This document shows, in pieces, positions 49,521 through 62,603 of a stretch of DNA of 64,000 nucleotides. Location of the stretch: assembly GCF_001194135.2 (NCBI RefSeq), contig NC_068982.1:64991839-65055838 (forward strand), given 5' to 3'. Within the stretch, counting starts at the first letter, position 1. Each line of letters starts with the position of its first letter. This DNA is from Octopus bimaculoides. Its lineage: Eukaryota. The notes beneath the pieces were generated by a model. It saw only the letters and a program-made list of their open reading frames with translations, was not told where the DNA came from and did not search any database. Both the position numbers and the translations under genes were made by a program.

Positions 49521-51192
49521 TTACATCATCACCAACATTACTCCACAACCATCTTCCCTCCCACTCTCACCTTATACCATCTCCAACATCACCATTATCA
49601 TCATCCCCGCTACTATCACCACCACTACAACCCCTCCCCTTTTATTATACCAATGTCACTACCATTACTATTCAAAGCAATGGGTCTTAAACGGAAGCGA
49701 CCAGACCTACCTTAAATAAAGAATATTAGTGACATTTGTTGTGTTCTCCCCAAATTTTATTAATGGGAAGATCGAGTTTGCTTTGATATAATTCCTCCTC
49801 TCTTTGCTATGGTGTTGGAGAAGTTTAAAAAGCCATCTTAATATTATAAAATATAACCGATTGTCCATCCCTTATCTATCCTCACAGCCCTCTTCCTCTC
49901 CTACAAGAAACGTTTACTCAGGGAACTTCTATATAGTTACTAGACCTGCTAGAGATAACAGTCAAATCTCACCCAAAACACCCCTACCTCACTATCTCAG
50001 AAAAGGACACATTAGATAATGTGATCCTGAGTTCCATGTATATAGAAAAAGATGTGATAGTCATGGCTGGAATGTCTTTGATCACAGATCTGCTCAGTTA
50101 GGTCTCAAATGGAGTGAAATACCACTACCAACAACAAGAGAAGAATATATCAGTGTTATGGAGAGTAAACAATTTTAAGATAAAGATACTTTTGATAGTG
50201 GTTTATACATCTGTGTGTGTATAAATGTTTGTGTATATAAGAATGCAACTGCATGTGTGTGTATATGTGAGTATGCATAAGTATGTGATTTGCATATATG
50301 TAAATATGTGTGTATTTGCATATAAGTATGTATGTTATGTGCACGAGTATACATGCAGGTTTTTGTGTGTGTAGATCTGTACATTCAAGTATGTTTATGT
50401 GTGAATGCACATCTAAGTGTATGCACATGTTTGTATATGCTTATCTTATACCAAATTGTTTCTCATTGAAAGTCTTGTGTTTTTAATGCTCTTTTTTTTT
50501 TTTTCCTTAGCTTTCATTAAACATTATATTTCTCTATTTCCTCACTCCGTCCGGGTGGCCAGTGGAAACTGTAAATGGATTGTCGTGCGAAACTTGTCCA
50601 ACAGGTTTCTTTCACTTTTACTTCTATGACTCAGCCAAATGTTTTCCCCTTCGCCAAAGCTGAATGAATTGCTGTGAGAGGTAAGCAGAAGTTTGTCACC
50701 TGGTAAAACAATGGTCTTAATATTATATAGTCTGTCATACAGCAATGGAAGACATGTAAACTGTCTCACATAGAATAAATAGACATTTACATTTTCATAA
50801 TCTTTTTTTTTGTGTCTTTTGTCTTTTTATGAAATTACCAGAGTTGGTTGAATGTTCACTATAATGCCCTCTTGCTGCTTTTCCTGATCATCATTTAACA
50901 TGTTGCCAACCATCAGTTGTTTTCAAGCAAAGTAATATTTCTCTATGGCCAGGCACATTTTTCACGGAAGCCTGGATATGATCAACAGTAATTGTATTAA
51001 GGTGATGTTTATTTACAACCATTATGTGATGTCAAGATGCACAAACATGCACATACACATACAAGGCTTTGGTCAGCCCAGGGCTATAGTAGTAGATACT
51101 TACCAGAGGTACCTCGCAGTGGAACTGAAACTGAAACCCGCATAGTTGGGAAGCAAGCTTCTTAACCATTCAGCCATGTGAGTCCTCTAAAT

Positions 51193-51455
51193 CGGTGGTT
51201 CCCAAAGTGGGCAGTATTGCACCCACTGGGAGTAGTGGAAAGTTCCAAGGGGGCATTGAAGAAAAGTGGGACAATAATGGGGTAGCAATTCATGTAAAAA
51301 CAACAAAATAATAGGTTTGTAAGGTTAAGTTTTATTTGTTAAATACAGTTGCTTTGAAGAGGTCTATGTTTGTGATGGTTAGTTGGGGTGGAGACGCTAG
51401 GAATGTGGCCTGGGTGTCAAGGGGGTGGCAGCCCAAAAGAGTTTGAGAACCACTG
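51193..51455. mobile_element. hAT (MER5/Charlie-like) MITE
   Basis: TIRs CGGTGGTTCCCAAA / TTTGAGAACCACTG and an 8-bp TSD CTCTAAAT (51185-51192, 51456-51463). Confidence 0.92.
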
Positions 51456-51912
51456 CTCTAAATGGTTGCTTTACCTCCTACTAGGAAAAAAAAAAGAAAA
51501 TTGCCAAATTTTCTCAGTACCATATCCTACTGTCTTACTAAAAGTAAGGAGACAATGAGTCATATGGTTCTGGATAATTGTGTGAGTTTCAAAATATAAA
51601 GGAGAATCAGAGAGGGAGAACCATTGTGCATAAGTCTGTTAGATCAGGATAGATCTTGGGATTAACAAGGTTCAAAGTAAGATGACTGTAATCAGCAATT
51701 GAGATGGGTAATGAAAGGATCGTAAGCAGAGTAAGAAGGAGGAGGAGGAGGAGAAAGCTTTTACCTCTGCTGGAAGTAAAAGGTATATTTCTCAGAGTGA
51801 AGGGCAGATTGTGTGATGCTTGTGTGTGACATGTTATGCAGTATGGTAAAGAGATGTGGACCTTGAATGCAGGGGATTTATGAAAGACCTGAGGGAGGAT
51901 GGCTTATAGTAC

Positions 51913-51978
<66 letters not shown>

Positions 51979-53149
51979 NNNNNNNNNNAGAGACAGACAG
52001 ACAGACAGAGACAGACAGACAGAGACAGACAGACAGAACATGGGAGAGAGCAAGCAAATGGTAATCATAGATTAGCTGGGCAATAGAAATGGGCTGGGAA
52101 TTGGTACAAGAGAGCGAGAGTGATGGGTAGTTGTACAGTTGGGCTGGTGACAATAAAAGAGAATGATGGGTGTTGCTAACCAAGTAACCTGGGCGAGAAG
52201 GACTGATGACAGAAGATAGATGGCAATGAAGTGTATTGGACACTAACAGTTCCTCATTAAACAAGCATCATGAAGGCAATGAGAGAGAGAAAGAGAGAGG
52301 TAATGGTAATACAGATGGTGACTGAGACAGTTATTGATGAAGGGCAGATTTATTACCAGTCTTTGTCACATAGGTGGAATGGCACAGTGAGTGAGAGGGT
52401 GAGTGATAGACATGAAAAGGTATTCAAGAGGCAAGGAGCAGGGAAGTAAATGGAGGCTGAATAGGAAATCACTGGGCCAGAGACCCAAATGTGGATATAC
52501 AACCCAGTCTTCATTACTTCTAACATTTTACCTGCTTCTAAGGGTGGGAAGTAACTTCTCCAGCACCACATGTTGACAATCATCAACAGTCCTTTGTTCC
52601 GAGTGTCCTTGTAATGAGTCAAGGCAATTTTCACCACTTCATGCTATGTCCTCTTACATCTACCTCTTTCCACAAGTTTCAACCATTTTGAGTGTTTAGC
52701 ACTCCCTTATACAGTTGTCACCTTTCATATGCATTTCATACTCATAACAGTGCAGTTATCTCTCTTGTACTCCACATCACCATAACAGATTCTTTATATT
52801 TAGTTTGTAAAAGTTTGATAGTTGCAATAGAGACATTAGTCTCTCTCTATCACCTTTAAACATAATTATATATTAAGAAAACAGTAGAACAATTAACAAC
52901 ATAATAAAAATAAGTTTTATTTTTGATGATGCTTGGTTTTACAAACCCCGTGTCATTCAGCTTAGCAGCGGCTGATTAACTTGTAATCGGTATTGGAAGG
53001 TTAAGAGCTTCCTTGATGCATGCCAGAGGAGCAAGTAGCTATCACATCGAAAGGCATTGTGGTGAAGAGTGCTTCGTTGAGGAGCAAGGTGTTGTCAAGT
53101 CGAAGGTATCGCGCTCAACAGGCTTAGAAAGTGAAACAAACTCTTTAAG

Positions 53150-53260
53150 TAGTAGTTTTACTACACATGTGTACTCGAGGGGCTTCCGGGAAGGCAAGTC
53201 CCTTGCGCATGCGCAGATAGTACTTCCTCAATGGCGGCTATAATTTCGCGCCACTACAAG
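53150..53260. promoter_or_regulatory. CpG-retaining housekeeping-type (possibly bidirectional) promoter
   Basis: NRF1-type palindrome TGCGCATGCGCA (53204-53215), ETS-type CTTCCGG (53183-53189), YY1-type AATGGCGG (53230-53237), E2F-type TTTCGCGC (53244-53251) and ACTACA motifs, all within about 100 bp. Confidence 0.7.
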
Positions 53261-53289
53261 TTTTTCTCACAGCTTATTTGTGTTCCATC

Positions 53290-54160
53290 ATTCTTGCACA
53301 CTAATATTGAATACCCAGTGTAGTATGCCAGCTTCATTTCTATCCAGTCTTTAGAAACCCTTGCATTCAAAACCCACATCTCACTACCATGCAGCATAAC
53401 ACTTCGTACACAAGCATAATACAATCAGCCTTTTACTCTGTGTGAGTAATAGAGGTAATAGTTTTCTCTGCCCTGATTACTCTGCTTTCAGTACACCCAC
53501 CTCTGTTGCTGATTAGGTCACCTAACTTATTTTGAAGCCTCTTAATTCTAGGTTATGCTTCCAGCTCTAACATTTCTTTTCCAAATCTACAGATTTGGCT
53601 ATAAGGATTAGGTCATCAGCATAGAGAAGTTCCCAGAGACAGGCATGTTTTAAAGTCCTCTCTTATGGGAGGTAGAACTATAATAAACAGGAGAGGGTTT
53701 GCAACAGAGGCCTGATGAACCCCTACCTATATGTTAAATTCATAGACCTTATTGCTGACTCACTTTACTGAGTGTGCCTTTGTACATGGTTTGTACTGCC
53801 CTCACAGGCTATTTATCTACACCTAGTTTCCTTAGTAATCATTAAATTAAATTTATGGTATTCTGGTAAAGGCCTTCTCCAGAGCAACAAATACTTGATA
53901 TAGGGGCTTACCCTTAGCTAAATTCTTCTCATATAGTCATCTCATTAGGAATATGACATAAGTTATACTTGTTCTAAGCACAAACTTGGACTATCTTGTC
54001 TAGGCTAATTCTGTTTCAAATCAATTGTGCTATGGCAGCTTTCTGTAATCATTACCTAGTTGAACAATTTGATGCCTCTATAATTGCCCCACTCAAGTGC
54101 ATCTCCTTGTAGTAGTTGATAATGATGCTACTAAACATTAGGCATGACACCTTCCTATAC
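53290..54160 (-). mobile_element. Decayed RTE LINE RT region
   Basis: LWELLYADDL (about 53610-53640), VGVHQ and LLSRR/LEKAF-like segments in RTE order. Confidence 0.85.
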
Positions 54161-54671
54161 TACCTGATTATAATATATATAAATATACATTAATTAATGT
54201 AATTTATTTATGTATTTGCGAGGGGGAGGGGGGAGAGAGAGAAAAGCTGACTAACAAAAAAGTGCTACAGTAGAAGGCTGCAATTTTATTTATTTGCTTC
54301 TCAGTACATTTGCTGGCAGTGCATATTAATTAACAAAAGTACTAAGCAGCATGAATGAGATTAATTGTAAGTTTACATATGCACGTTTAGTAAACATACA
54401 TTTAGCTTCTCTGGGCAAATAGGTGCTGAGGTGAAACCACAGGGAATTTTCTGCAGAATAAACCTAAAAAACAGCTTCACTAGTTTTGTTTGGTTATTGC
54501 TGTTTTTTTTTTTAGGGAGTATCTAACACCAAAAGAAATAGACACACCTGATGAACCAACAATATGAGTTGTTCTCCCATTCTTTTAGCAGAAAGATTCC
54601 TGGTGTTTTATCCCAGGTCTCACAGTAAGGCTGAATGTTTATTAAACATATGCAGGTACACTTATTTACAG

Positions 54672-54737
<66 letters not shown>

Positions 54738-55269
54738 AGAACATTTTGTAAACAAACTTATAAGTGCCACATGCGTCGCTTCTTTCCATCTTCCAAAGGG
54801 TATTTACCTGATTCTTCAAGCTGTTCTCACAGCCTTCTCGTGTTCATGAATTCCCATATTTGATACATACTTACACGCACGCACACACACACACACACAC
54901 ACATGGGCACAGGCATAGGCACATGGTACCTTGGGTAAGTGCTTTCTATAATAGTCCTGGGTGATTAATGTCTTGTGAATGAATATGGTAAATGATGGAA
55001 ACTGTATGGAAACCCATCATGGAGTGTGCATGTGTGTATGTGTGTGTGCATGCATGACAGCCCAAATAAACTGAGAGGAAAACTGAGTATAAGAGGAATC
55101 GGGTGTAGTGTGCAAGAAAGAAGATTGCTTTGATATAGGCATGTGACGTGCATGCCTGTGCTCAAAGTAAATGGAATCTATGGAAGAAGGAAACTGAGGA
55201 AGATTTGGCATTAAATGATCAAATCAGATTTGAGTTTGTTACGCCTCACAAAAGAGGTAACAAAGGATT

Positions 55270-56045
55270 CATTGATTGGTAGTAAGGCTGCTAGGGAGAA
55301 GACCTGCTTGCCTTCTCAGGCTAGGCAAAACAACCAGTAAAATTATGTCAGATTATGTTTATACAGGTATGTACCACGTAAGACCTGTTGAGGCAAGTGA
55401 ATTTGAAATCGAAATCAAACCAAATTTGACGACTGGCACCCATGCCAACCTTTCCTTCATTGGACACTAAACTCTGCTTGCGAAGACCTGTTGGGGCAAG
55501 TGAAATCGAAATCGCAATTGAACCATATTCGATGACTGGCACCTGTACCAGAGGAGCACTAAAAGCACTATCCAAGTGTGATCATGCCAGAGCAGCTGTC
55601 TGGCTTACATGCTAGTGGCACGTAAATAGCACCATTTGAGTGTGATCATTACCAGCATGGCCTTACTGGCACTTGTGCCAGTGGCATGTTAGAAAATCAT
55701 TCGAGCGAGGTCGTTGCCAGTGCTGCTGGACTGGCTCCTGTNNNNNNNNNNTCATTCGAGCGAGGTCGTTGCCAGTGCTGCTGGACTGGCTCCTGTGCAG
55801 GTGGCACGTTAAAAACACCATTTTGAGCATGGCTGTTGCCAGTAGTGCATGACTGGCCCTCGTGCTGGTGGTACGTAAAAGCACCCACTACTCGGAGTGG
55901 TTGGCGTTAGGAAGGGCATCCAGCTGTAGAAACTGCCAGATCAGATTGGAGCCTGGTACAGCCATCCAGTTCACCAGTCCTCTGTCAAATTGTTCAGCCC
56001 ATGCTAACATGGAAGGCAGACGTTAAACGATGGTGATGATGATGA
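55270..56045 (+). mobile_element. RTE-tailed SINE with internal repeats, ending in (GAT)n
   Basis: Tail CCCATGCTAACATGGAAGGCAGACGTTAAACGATGGTGATGATGATGAT. Confidence 0.8.
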
Positions 56046-57689
56046 TAAAATGGTGTACATATATGCATGCATTTCTGCCTATTGTATGGTCAACATCATT
56101 GACTTTTTGATAGCCACTCTCTCTTTAACACCTATATCACTCACACCTTTGTCACTTCTGCCTTGTTCCTTGCATCACATGTCTCCATCACTCATTCTGT
56201 CTAGTGCCTATACCAGAGTCACCCATGTCTCTTTTGCCTAAGCCTTATCTCTCTCGCTCATACTGCCTGCACCGATGCCCCTATTACTCATCACTCACTC
56301 ACACCCACTTACCAAAAGCACTGCACCATACTGTCGGTTTGACTAAGGAAGATGGCAGATCTCTCTCTTCTGTCTGCCACACATTGTACTGATTTGTATT
56401 CTTTCATCCATACTCATACTCAGTAGATTTCTTCTGGTCACCATACATTGCTTCCAGTCAAGATACCCTACACCTTTTTTGACTCTTTCTTCATTCTTTT
56501 ATGCAACTCACTGGTACTCAATTCATCTACTTTCCAACTGCCATGCCACCACCTTCATCATACAATCCCTCTGGCCCATCCCTTCGTCTATGTGTATGTG
56601 GACATATTGCACCACATGTGTTCAGTTAACTTGGCCTTGTCCTTCCCTTCCTGTAAGCCAATCACCACCTTGTGTCACCTTTTCATATACCTTTTCTCTT
56701 GGGCCTCTGTCATTGCTTTATCCCCTGGTCACAGACATAGACACCTGCCAACTCCCCACTGTTTCAGTCGTATTGTCCTCAATATTGGTACCTATCTCAA
56801 AATACTGAGCACTCCTTATCACTCATCCTGCCACTACACATCCTTCTCATCACTATCATTCATATTTCTGGCACTCATACTTCTCAATTTGTAAAGAAGT
56901 GGATGAGTGAGCAGAGACTTGGAGTTGTGAAATTCCTTTAGTTGTGATGAGGACATGGCTACCTCTCTAGTACTGGTACCACAAAAAATGTGCCCAGTTC
57001 ACTTTGTAAAATGGTTGATGTTCAGAAGGACATTTTGCTGTAGAAAGCCAAATCAAAATGAAACCTGAGGTAAATGTAATACCTCTGACCTGTCTAGGTG
57101 AGCAAGCCTGTTTAACCCATGTAAGGAGATATAAACACACACACACACATTTATATATATATACATATATANNNNNNNNNNNNNNNNNNNNNNNNNNNNN
57201 NNNNNNNNNNNNNNNNNNNNNNNNNNNNNNNNNNNNNNNNNNNNNNNNNNNNNNNNNNNNNNNNNNNNNNNNNNNNNNNNNNNNNNNNNNNNNNNNNNNN
57301 NNNNNNNNNNNNNNNNNNNNNNNNNNNNNNNNNNNNNNNNNNNNNNNNNNNNNNNNNNNNNNNNNNNNNNNNNNNNNNNNNNNNNNNNNNNNNNNNNNNN
57401 NNNNNNNNNNNNNNNNNNNNNNNNNNNNNNNNNNNNNNNNNNNNNNNNNNNNNNNNNNNNNNNNNNNNNNNNNNNNNNNNNNNNNNNNNNNNNNNNNNNN
57501 NNNNNNNNNNNNNNNNNNNNNNNNNNNNNNNNNNNNNNNNNNNNNNNNNNNNNNNNNNNNNNNNNNNNNNNNNNNNNNNNNNNNNNNNNNNNNNNNNNNN
57601 NNNNNNNNNNNNNNNNNNNNNNNNNNNNNNNNNNNNNNNATATATACATATATATACATATATACATATATATACATATATACATATAT

Positions 57690-57724
<35 letters not shown>

Positions 57725-58248
57725 GATGACATACACTTGTACTATTTACTATTTCTGTGGCCTCCATTTTAAAGATGGCTGAATAGGTAGTTGAAGGAGA
57801 TTTTATGTTTATGTTGAACAAAGTCAAGTTACAACAGAATTGCCTTGTAGTTTCAGATGTTTACTCATTGACTTGTGACTCAGTCTATCACACCTGCATT
57901 AGATAAGTTAGGTATTGATTGTTTCACTCAAAATATTGACTGACAAGCTTGATGTTGATGGAGGGAGGGATGGAGGGAGTAAGTGCGTAAGAGAGAGAGA
58001 GAGATGAAGTGAGGTAATAAGTGTCTGAGAACCTCTTACTATTGCTCTGATTGGTGAAATTATAATGAAAATTGTTTCTTCTATTGCAAAGAGTTACAAT
58101 GACCAGATGGGTGGATACAATGTTAGAGATTTAGTTCATGAATTATGGCACTATTTTCCAGTATGCAACACACACAATGTTGTGTATTTACAAAATCACT
58201 TGACTTCATAATTGCTGAATTATTAAACTAACCATGACACACACATAT

Positions 58249-58292
<44 letters not shown>

Positions 58293-58649
58293 ATAACACA
58301 AACACACATACACACACATATCTGACCATCATTATTACTTAATGCCTACTAAAATAATGATGATAATATATGTTATACAACATATATACACACATATACA
58401 CACACATAACTAAACTCACTCACACATAAATATGTAACATACACACAGTTTTTATGTTTGCATAATGCCATAAAATTATGTAATGTAAGTAGAGTGAACA
58501 AAGAGTACTCAACATGTTTAATAAAGTAGATTAATGTTATTGCTTCAGTTGATTACTTTCCCACAGCTTAGAAGCTTGAGTTTCAAATACCCTTCACATG
58601 AAGAATGCTTCACCAGTATAAAACTAGTACACACACACACACACATATA

Positions 58650-59052
58650 ATCTTTTACTTGTTTCAGTCACTTGACTGTGGCCATACTGGGGTGACACTT
58701 TGAAGGAGTTTTAATCAAGTGAATCAACCCCAGTCTTTTTTTTTCTTTGAGCCTGGCATTTATTCTATTGGTCACTTTTGCTGAAACACTAAGTTATGGG
58801 GGGCATAAATAAACCAACATCGTTTGTTAACCAGTGATGAGAGACAAACACAAACAAATTGACACACACACACATGTATGTATACATACATGTGATGGGC
58901 TTCTTTCAGTTTCTGTCTACCAAATCCACTCATACAGTTTTGGTCAGCCCACAACTATAGTAGAATACATGTGCCCAAGGTACCATGCAGTGAGACTGAC
59001 CTTGGAATCATGTGGTCGAGAAGCAAACTTCTTACCACATGGCCACACCTGC
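58650..59052 (-). mobile_element. tRNA-derived SINE, abundant family (old copy)
   Basis: Collinear with 41408-41893 with many CpG to TpG changes. Confidence 0.8.
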
Positions 59053-60001
59053 ACATATTTATATAAATTGAGATAAAAACATGCACTTGTGCATAAATAC
59101 ATTTATACATATAAACATGTACATCTGTACAATTTCAGTCAAATAAATTTGACTCACAATCTGGGCCTATTGAAGAAGACACTTGTCCAAGGTACCCTAT
59201 TATGTGATCGAACTCAAAACCATGTGATTCTGAAGCAAATGTAACCTCAGAGCCATGATTGCACGCACGCACGCACGCACGCACGCACACGCACACACAC
59301 ACACACACACACACACTAGCAACAAAGAGTCTCTCTCTCTCTCTCTTTCTAAAGGACATACTGTATGATGCTTGTGTATGAAGTATGATGCTGCATGGTA
59401 GCAAAATATGAACACTGAATATGGGGGATGTAGGAAGATTAGAAAGAAATTAGGGAGGCATGTTCCACTGGATATGCAATGCTTGTGTCAGTAAACGACA
59501 GATCACAAATGAACAGAGGAAAAACTGAGTATGAGAAGAATTACAAATTATGTACAAGACGTGATTTGTTGGGGCATATGATGCATATTCAGGATGAAGG
59601 CTCGATAAAGATGTGCCAAACAATCCAAATAGAAGAAGCCATATACATGTGTGTGTGTGTGTGTGTGAGCAATGTAACCAAGAATCTTTTCTATAACACT
59701 AAACCTGTTCCTGCTGCCCCTTTATACATTAATCTCTCAGTTGGTGTGGGGTTGAGGGGTTCTTTTAATCTTGCAAGTCTTACAAAGCAGCCTCATTAGA
59801 GTTAGTGTCATGAAAAAAAATGAATCCAATACACTCTATAAAGTGGCTGGTATTAAGAAAAGCATCTAGCTGTAGAAACCATATGAAAACTGAGATACTG
59901 AAGCAAGACAGGATCCTCTGAACCTATTGAGTCCTGTCAANNNNNNNNNNAGCATGAAAAGCATAGATAAAATGTATAATTATGCACACGCACGCATGTA
60001 T

Positions 60002-60066
<65 letters not shown>

Positions 60067-61671
60067 TTCTGCCTGCCAAATTCCACACATAAACCAGAGC
60101 TATAGAAGACCCTTGTCAAACCAGGGCTATAGAAGACCCTTGCCTAAACTGCTATATAGTCAGATCAAATCTCAAACCAGGCATGGACAACACTTTTCAA
60201 GAAGCAGACCACATGAAACATGGTTCATCATTAGGCCAGTTCTGCTACTGAAAATGTCATGGTCATTATAAAATTATAATATTCATGATCCATGCTAGCA
60301 TGGTTTGGACAGTTTGACAGAATCTAAAAGGCCCAAAGACTGCATCATGTCCCAATGTCTGCTTTGGTGAGATGACTATGGCTGGATGCTCTAATACCAA
60401 CCACTTTACAGTGTATTATGGGTGCATCTTTTTATGTGACACCAGCACTAGTGAGGTTTCCATGAATCTTGCAAGACTAAGACCTCTTTTGATCAAGTGG
60501 GAATATAGTAGAGAGGGAGGTGATTCTAGGTCATCCCTCTGATTCTGTAAACTTATAATTAAAGACATTTGATTTTTTTGTATATGGTTACAACATAATC
60601 AAATTTGTCTCTAAGATTTGAAGGTATTTTGGCTGCTATTTCTCTCAGCAGAGTGCTTAGAGAGAGGATTCCTAGTTAGTATGGAAATTATCTTTTAATT
60701 AGGCATAAAAATATTTTCAGTTCAAAATCCGCAAAGACTGACTTCTCCATTTATTGACTGGAATCAATTTAAGTGATTCTTTCTTCATCTCTTAAAAAAA
60801 AAAATCATTAAGCTCATAAAATATCATTATAGGACATTGACAGAAACATTACAATGGTTGGGAAAAAATACCTTGTAGTATTTGTCCTATCTCTTGATTC
60901 TCTTTATTGAAGAAGACACTTGTCCAAGGAATCCTATTGTGTGATCGAATTCAAAACTATGTGGTTCTGAAGCAAATGTAACCTCATACTATGTTTGCAC
61001 ACAACACACACACATGCTAGCAACAAAGGGTCTCTCTCCCTCTCTTTCTCTTTGTAAAGGGTACACTGTATGAACCAACCTTGCCTTCCTTTCATCCTTT
61101 TGGAATCAATGTAGTAAAATGCCAGTGAAATACTGAGGTTCAACAAGCTGCACCCCTCCCTACCTCTGCTTCATTAGTTTCCTCAGCATTGCTAAGCTTT
61201 GTACCTAAGTTAGGAACAATTATTATTTTATCATTATCATCATTATTTAACATCCACTTTTCCTTGATTACATGGGTCAGAGGGAATTTGTTGAGGTAGA
61301 TTTTCTAAGGCTGGATGCCCTTTCTTGTGGCCAGCCCTCACCTGTTTCTAAGCAAAGTAATATTTTTCCCATAGCCAGACACTTTCACAAAAAGACTGGA
61401 AACAAGCTGCATTGCTTGTATGGTGGTGATGTTTGTATGCAACTATTGCATAATATGCAGACAAGGAGACAAACAAAGATGCACTTACACTCCCCCACAC
61501 ACATACTTTTTCAGTTTCTGCCCACCATATCTACTCACAAGGCTTTAGTTATTATAGAAGATGCTTGCCCAAGGTGCCATGCAGTGAGACTGAACCTGAA
61601 ACCACATGGTTGGGAAACAAGCTTGACAATTACACAGCCACATCTGCTCCTGTTAAGATGATATAACAGAT

Positions 61672-62603
61672 TGTAGTGAAACTACCTCCCACCATTAGAT
61701 ACAAACTACTATCGCCATTACATACAATCTTTTCATTTAAATATAAATAAATGCGAGCGTAGTAGAGAACCCATTCCTTGTCATCACGTGACTGATTATT
61801 ATTCGAATCGGCAACTTCTTCGAACCGTTCCCGCCAGAACGCAAACTGACCAATTACAGCCCCTAATAAGGTTACGTGATAGAGTATTAAACTGAAGCCA
61901 TCGGGAGCCAATAGTTTGTTATAAATAGCTTTAACTCATACCCAACAAATTTGTCTCGGTCCAGTTTCTCTTTGAGAACTGTTCCGTGTACCACACGACA
62001 GCAGCAGCAGCCAGCGACCACTTCAGCAGCTTCGTCCAGCCATGATGACCNNNNNNNNNNNNNNNNNNNNNNNNNNNNNNNNNNNNNNNNNNNNNNNNNN
62101 NNNNNNNNNNNNNNNNNNNNNNNNNNNNNNNNNNNNNNNNNNNNNNNNNNNNNNNNNNNNNNNNNNNNNNNNNNNNNNNNNNNNNNNNNNNNNNNNNNNN
62201 NNNNNNNNNNNNNNNNNAAAGAACTGGTATAATTGCTCACGTGTTATTGACTCTTTCTATTTGCTGTAATAACTCACATACACATACATGTATCACTCAC
62301 ATACACACTTTTCTTTGTACGACGGCCTGTCTTTGATTATGTTATTATATGTCGCATTCACACTCACACACAGACATACATCTTTAACGCTACAATAAAT
62401 ATCTCTGTTATTTATCTAATACGGTTGTGGTCTTTCATTACTGGTCACATATGTTATCGTCGCATAACATATCTTGTATATCATCATCATCATTGACATA
62501 TAATTGTGTGTTCGACCGTGTGACACGTTTAAATAAAAGGAGTCCTCTGTTTTTCCATTCGTCACCATATCTCCTTTTTGAGTTCGCACGGTCGTTCCTT
62601 ACA
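61672..62603 (+). mobile_element. Solo LTR (Gypsy-like), containing an N gap
   Basis: Starts TGTAG and ends TTACA; 4-bp TSD AGAT (61668-61671, 62604-62607); CCAAT, TATAAATA (about 61920) and AATAAA inside; CpG-rich. Confidence 0.8.

Noticed and set aside
49229-49690. Mucin-like T/H/P-rich ORF
   Set aside because: It is a (CAC)n-derived low-complexity tract with a tandem duplication.
50546-50671. In-frame TGA (GKTFG*VIEV) as selenocysteine
   Set aside because: It matches no selenoprotein motif I know, no SECIS was identified, and another frame is fully open.
50511-50680. + strand TNFR-like peptide (CETCPTGFF...KCFP) with donor GAG|gtaagc
   Set aside because: All three frames have stops within the last ~25 nt before the donor.
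55698-55796. 44-bp direct repeat
   Set aside because: Identical copies sit on both sides of a 10-N gap, typical of an unmerged contig overlap.
58047-58195. piggyBac-like YNDQMGG peptide
   Set aside because: A single short motif without other transposase features.
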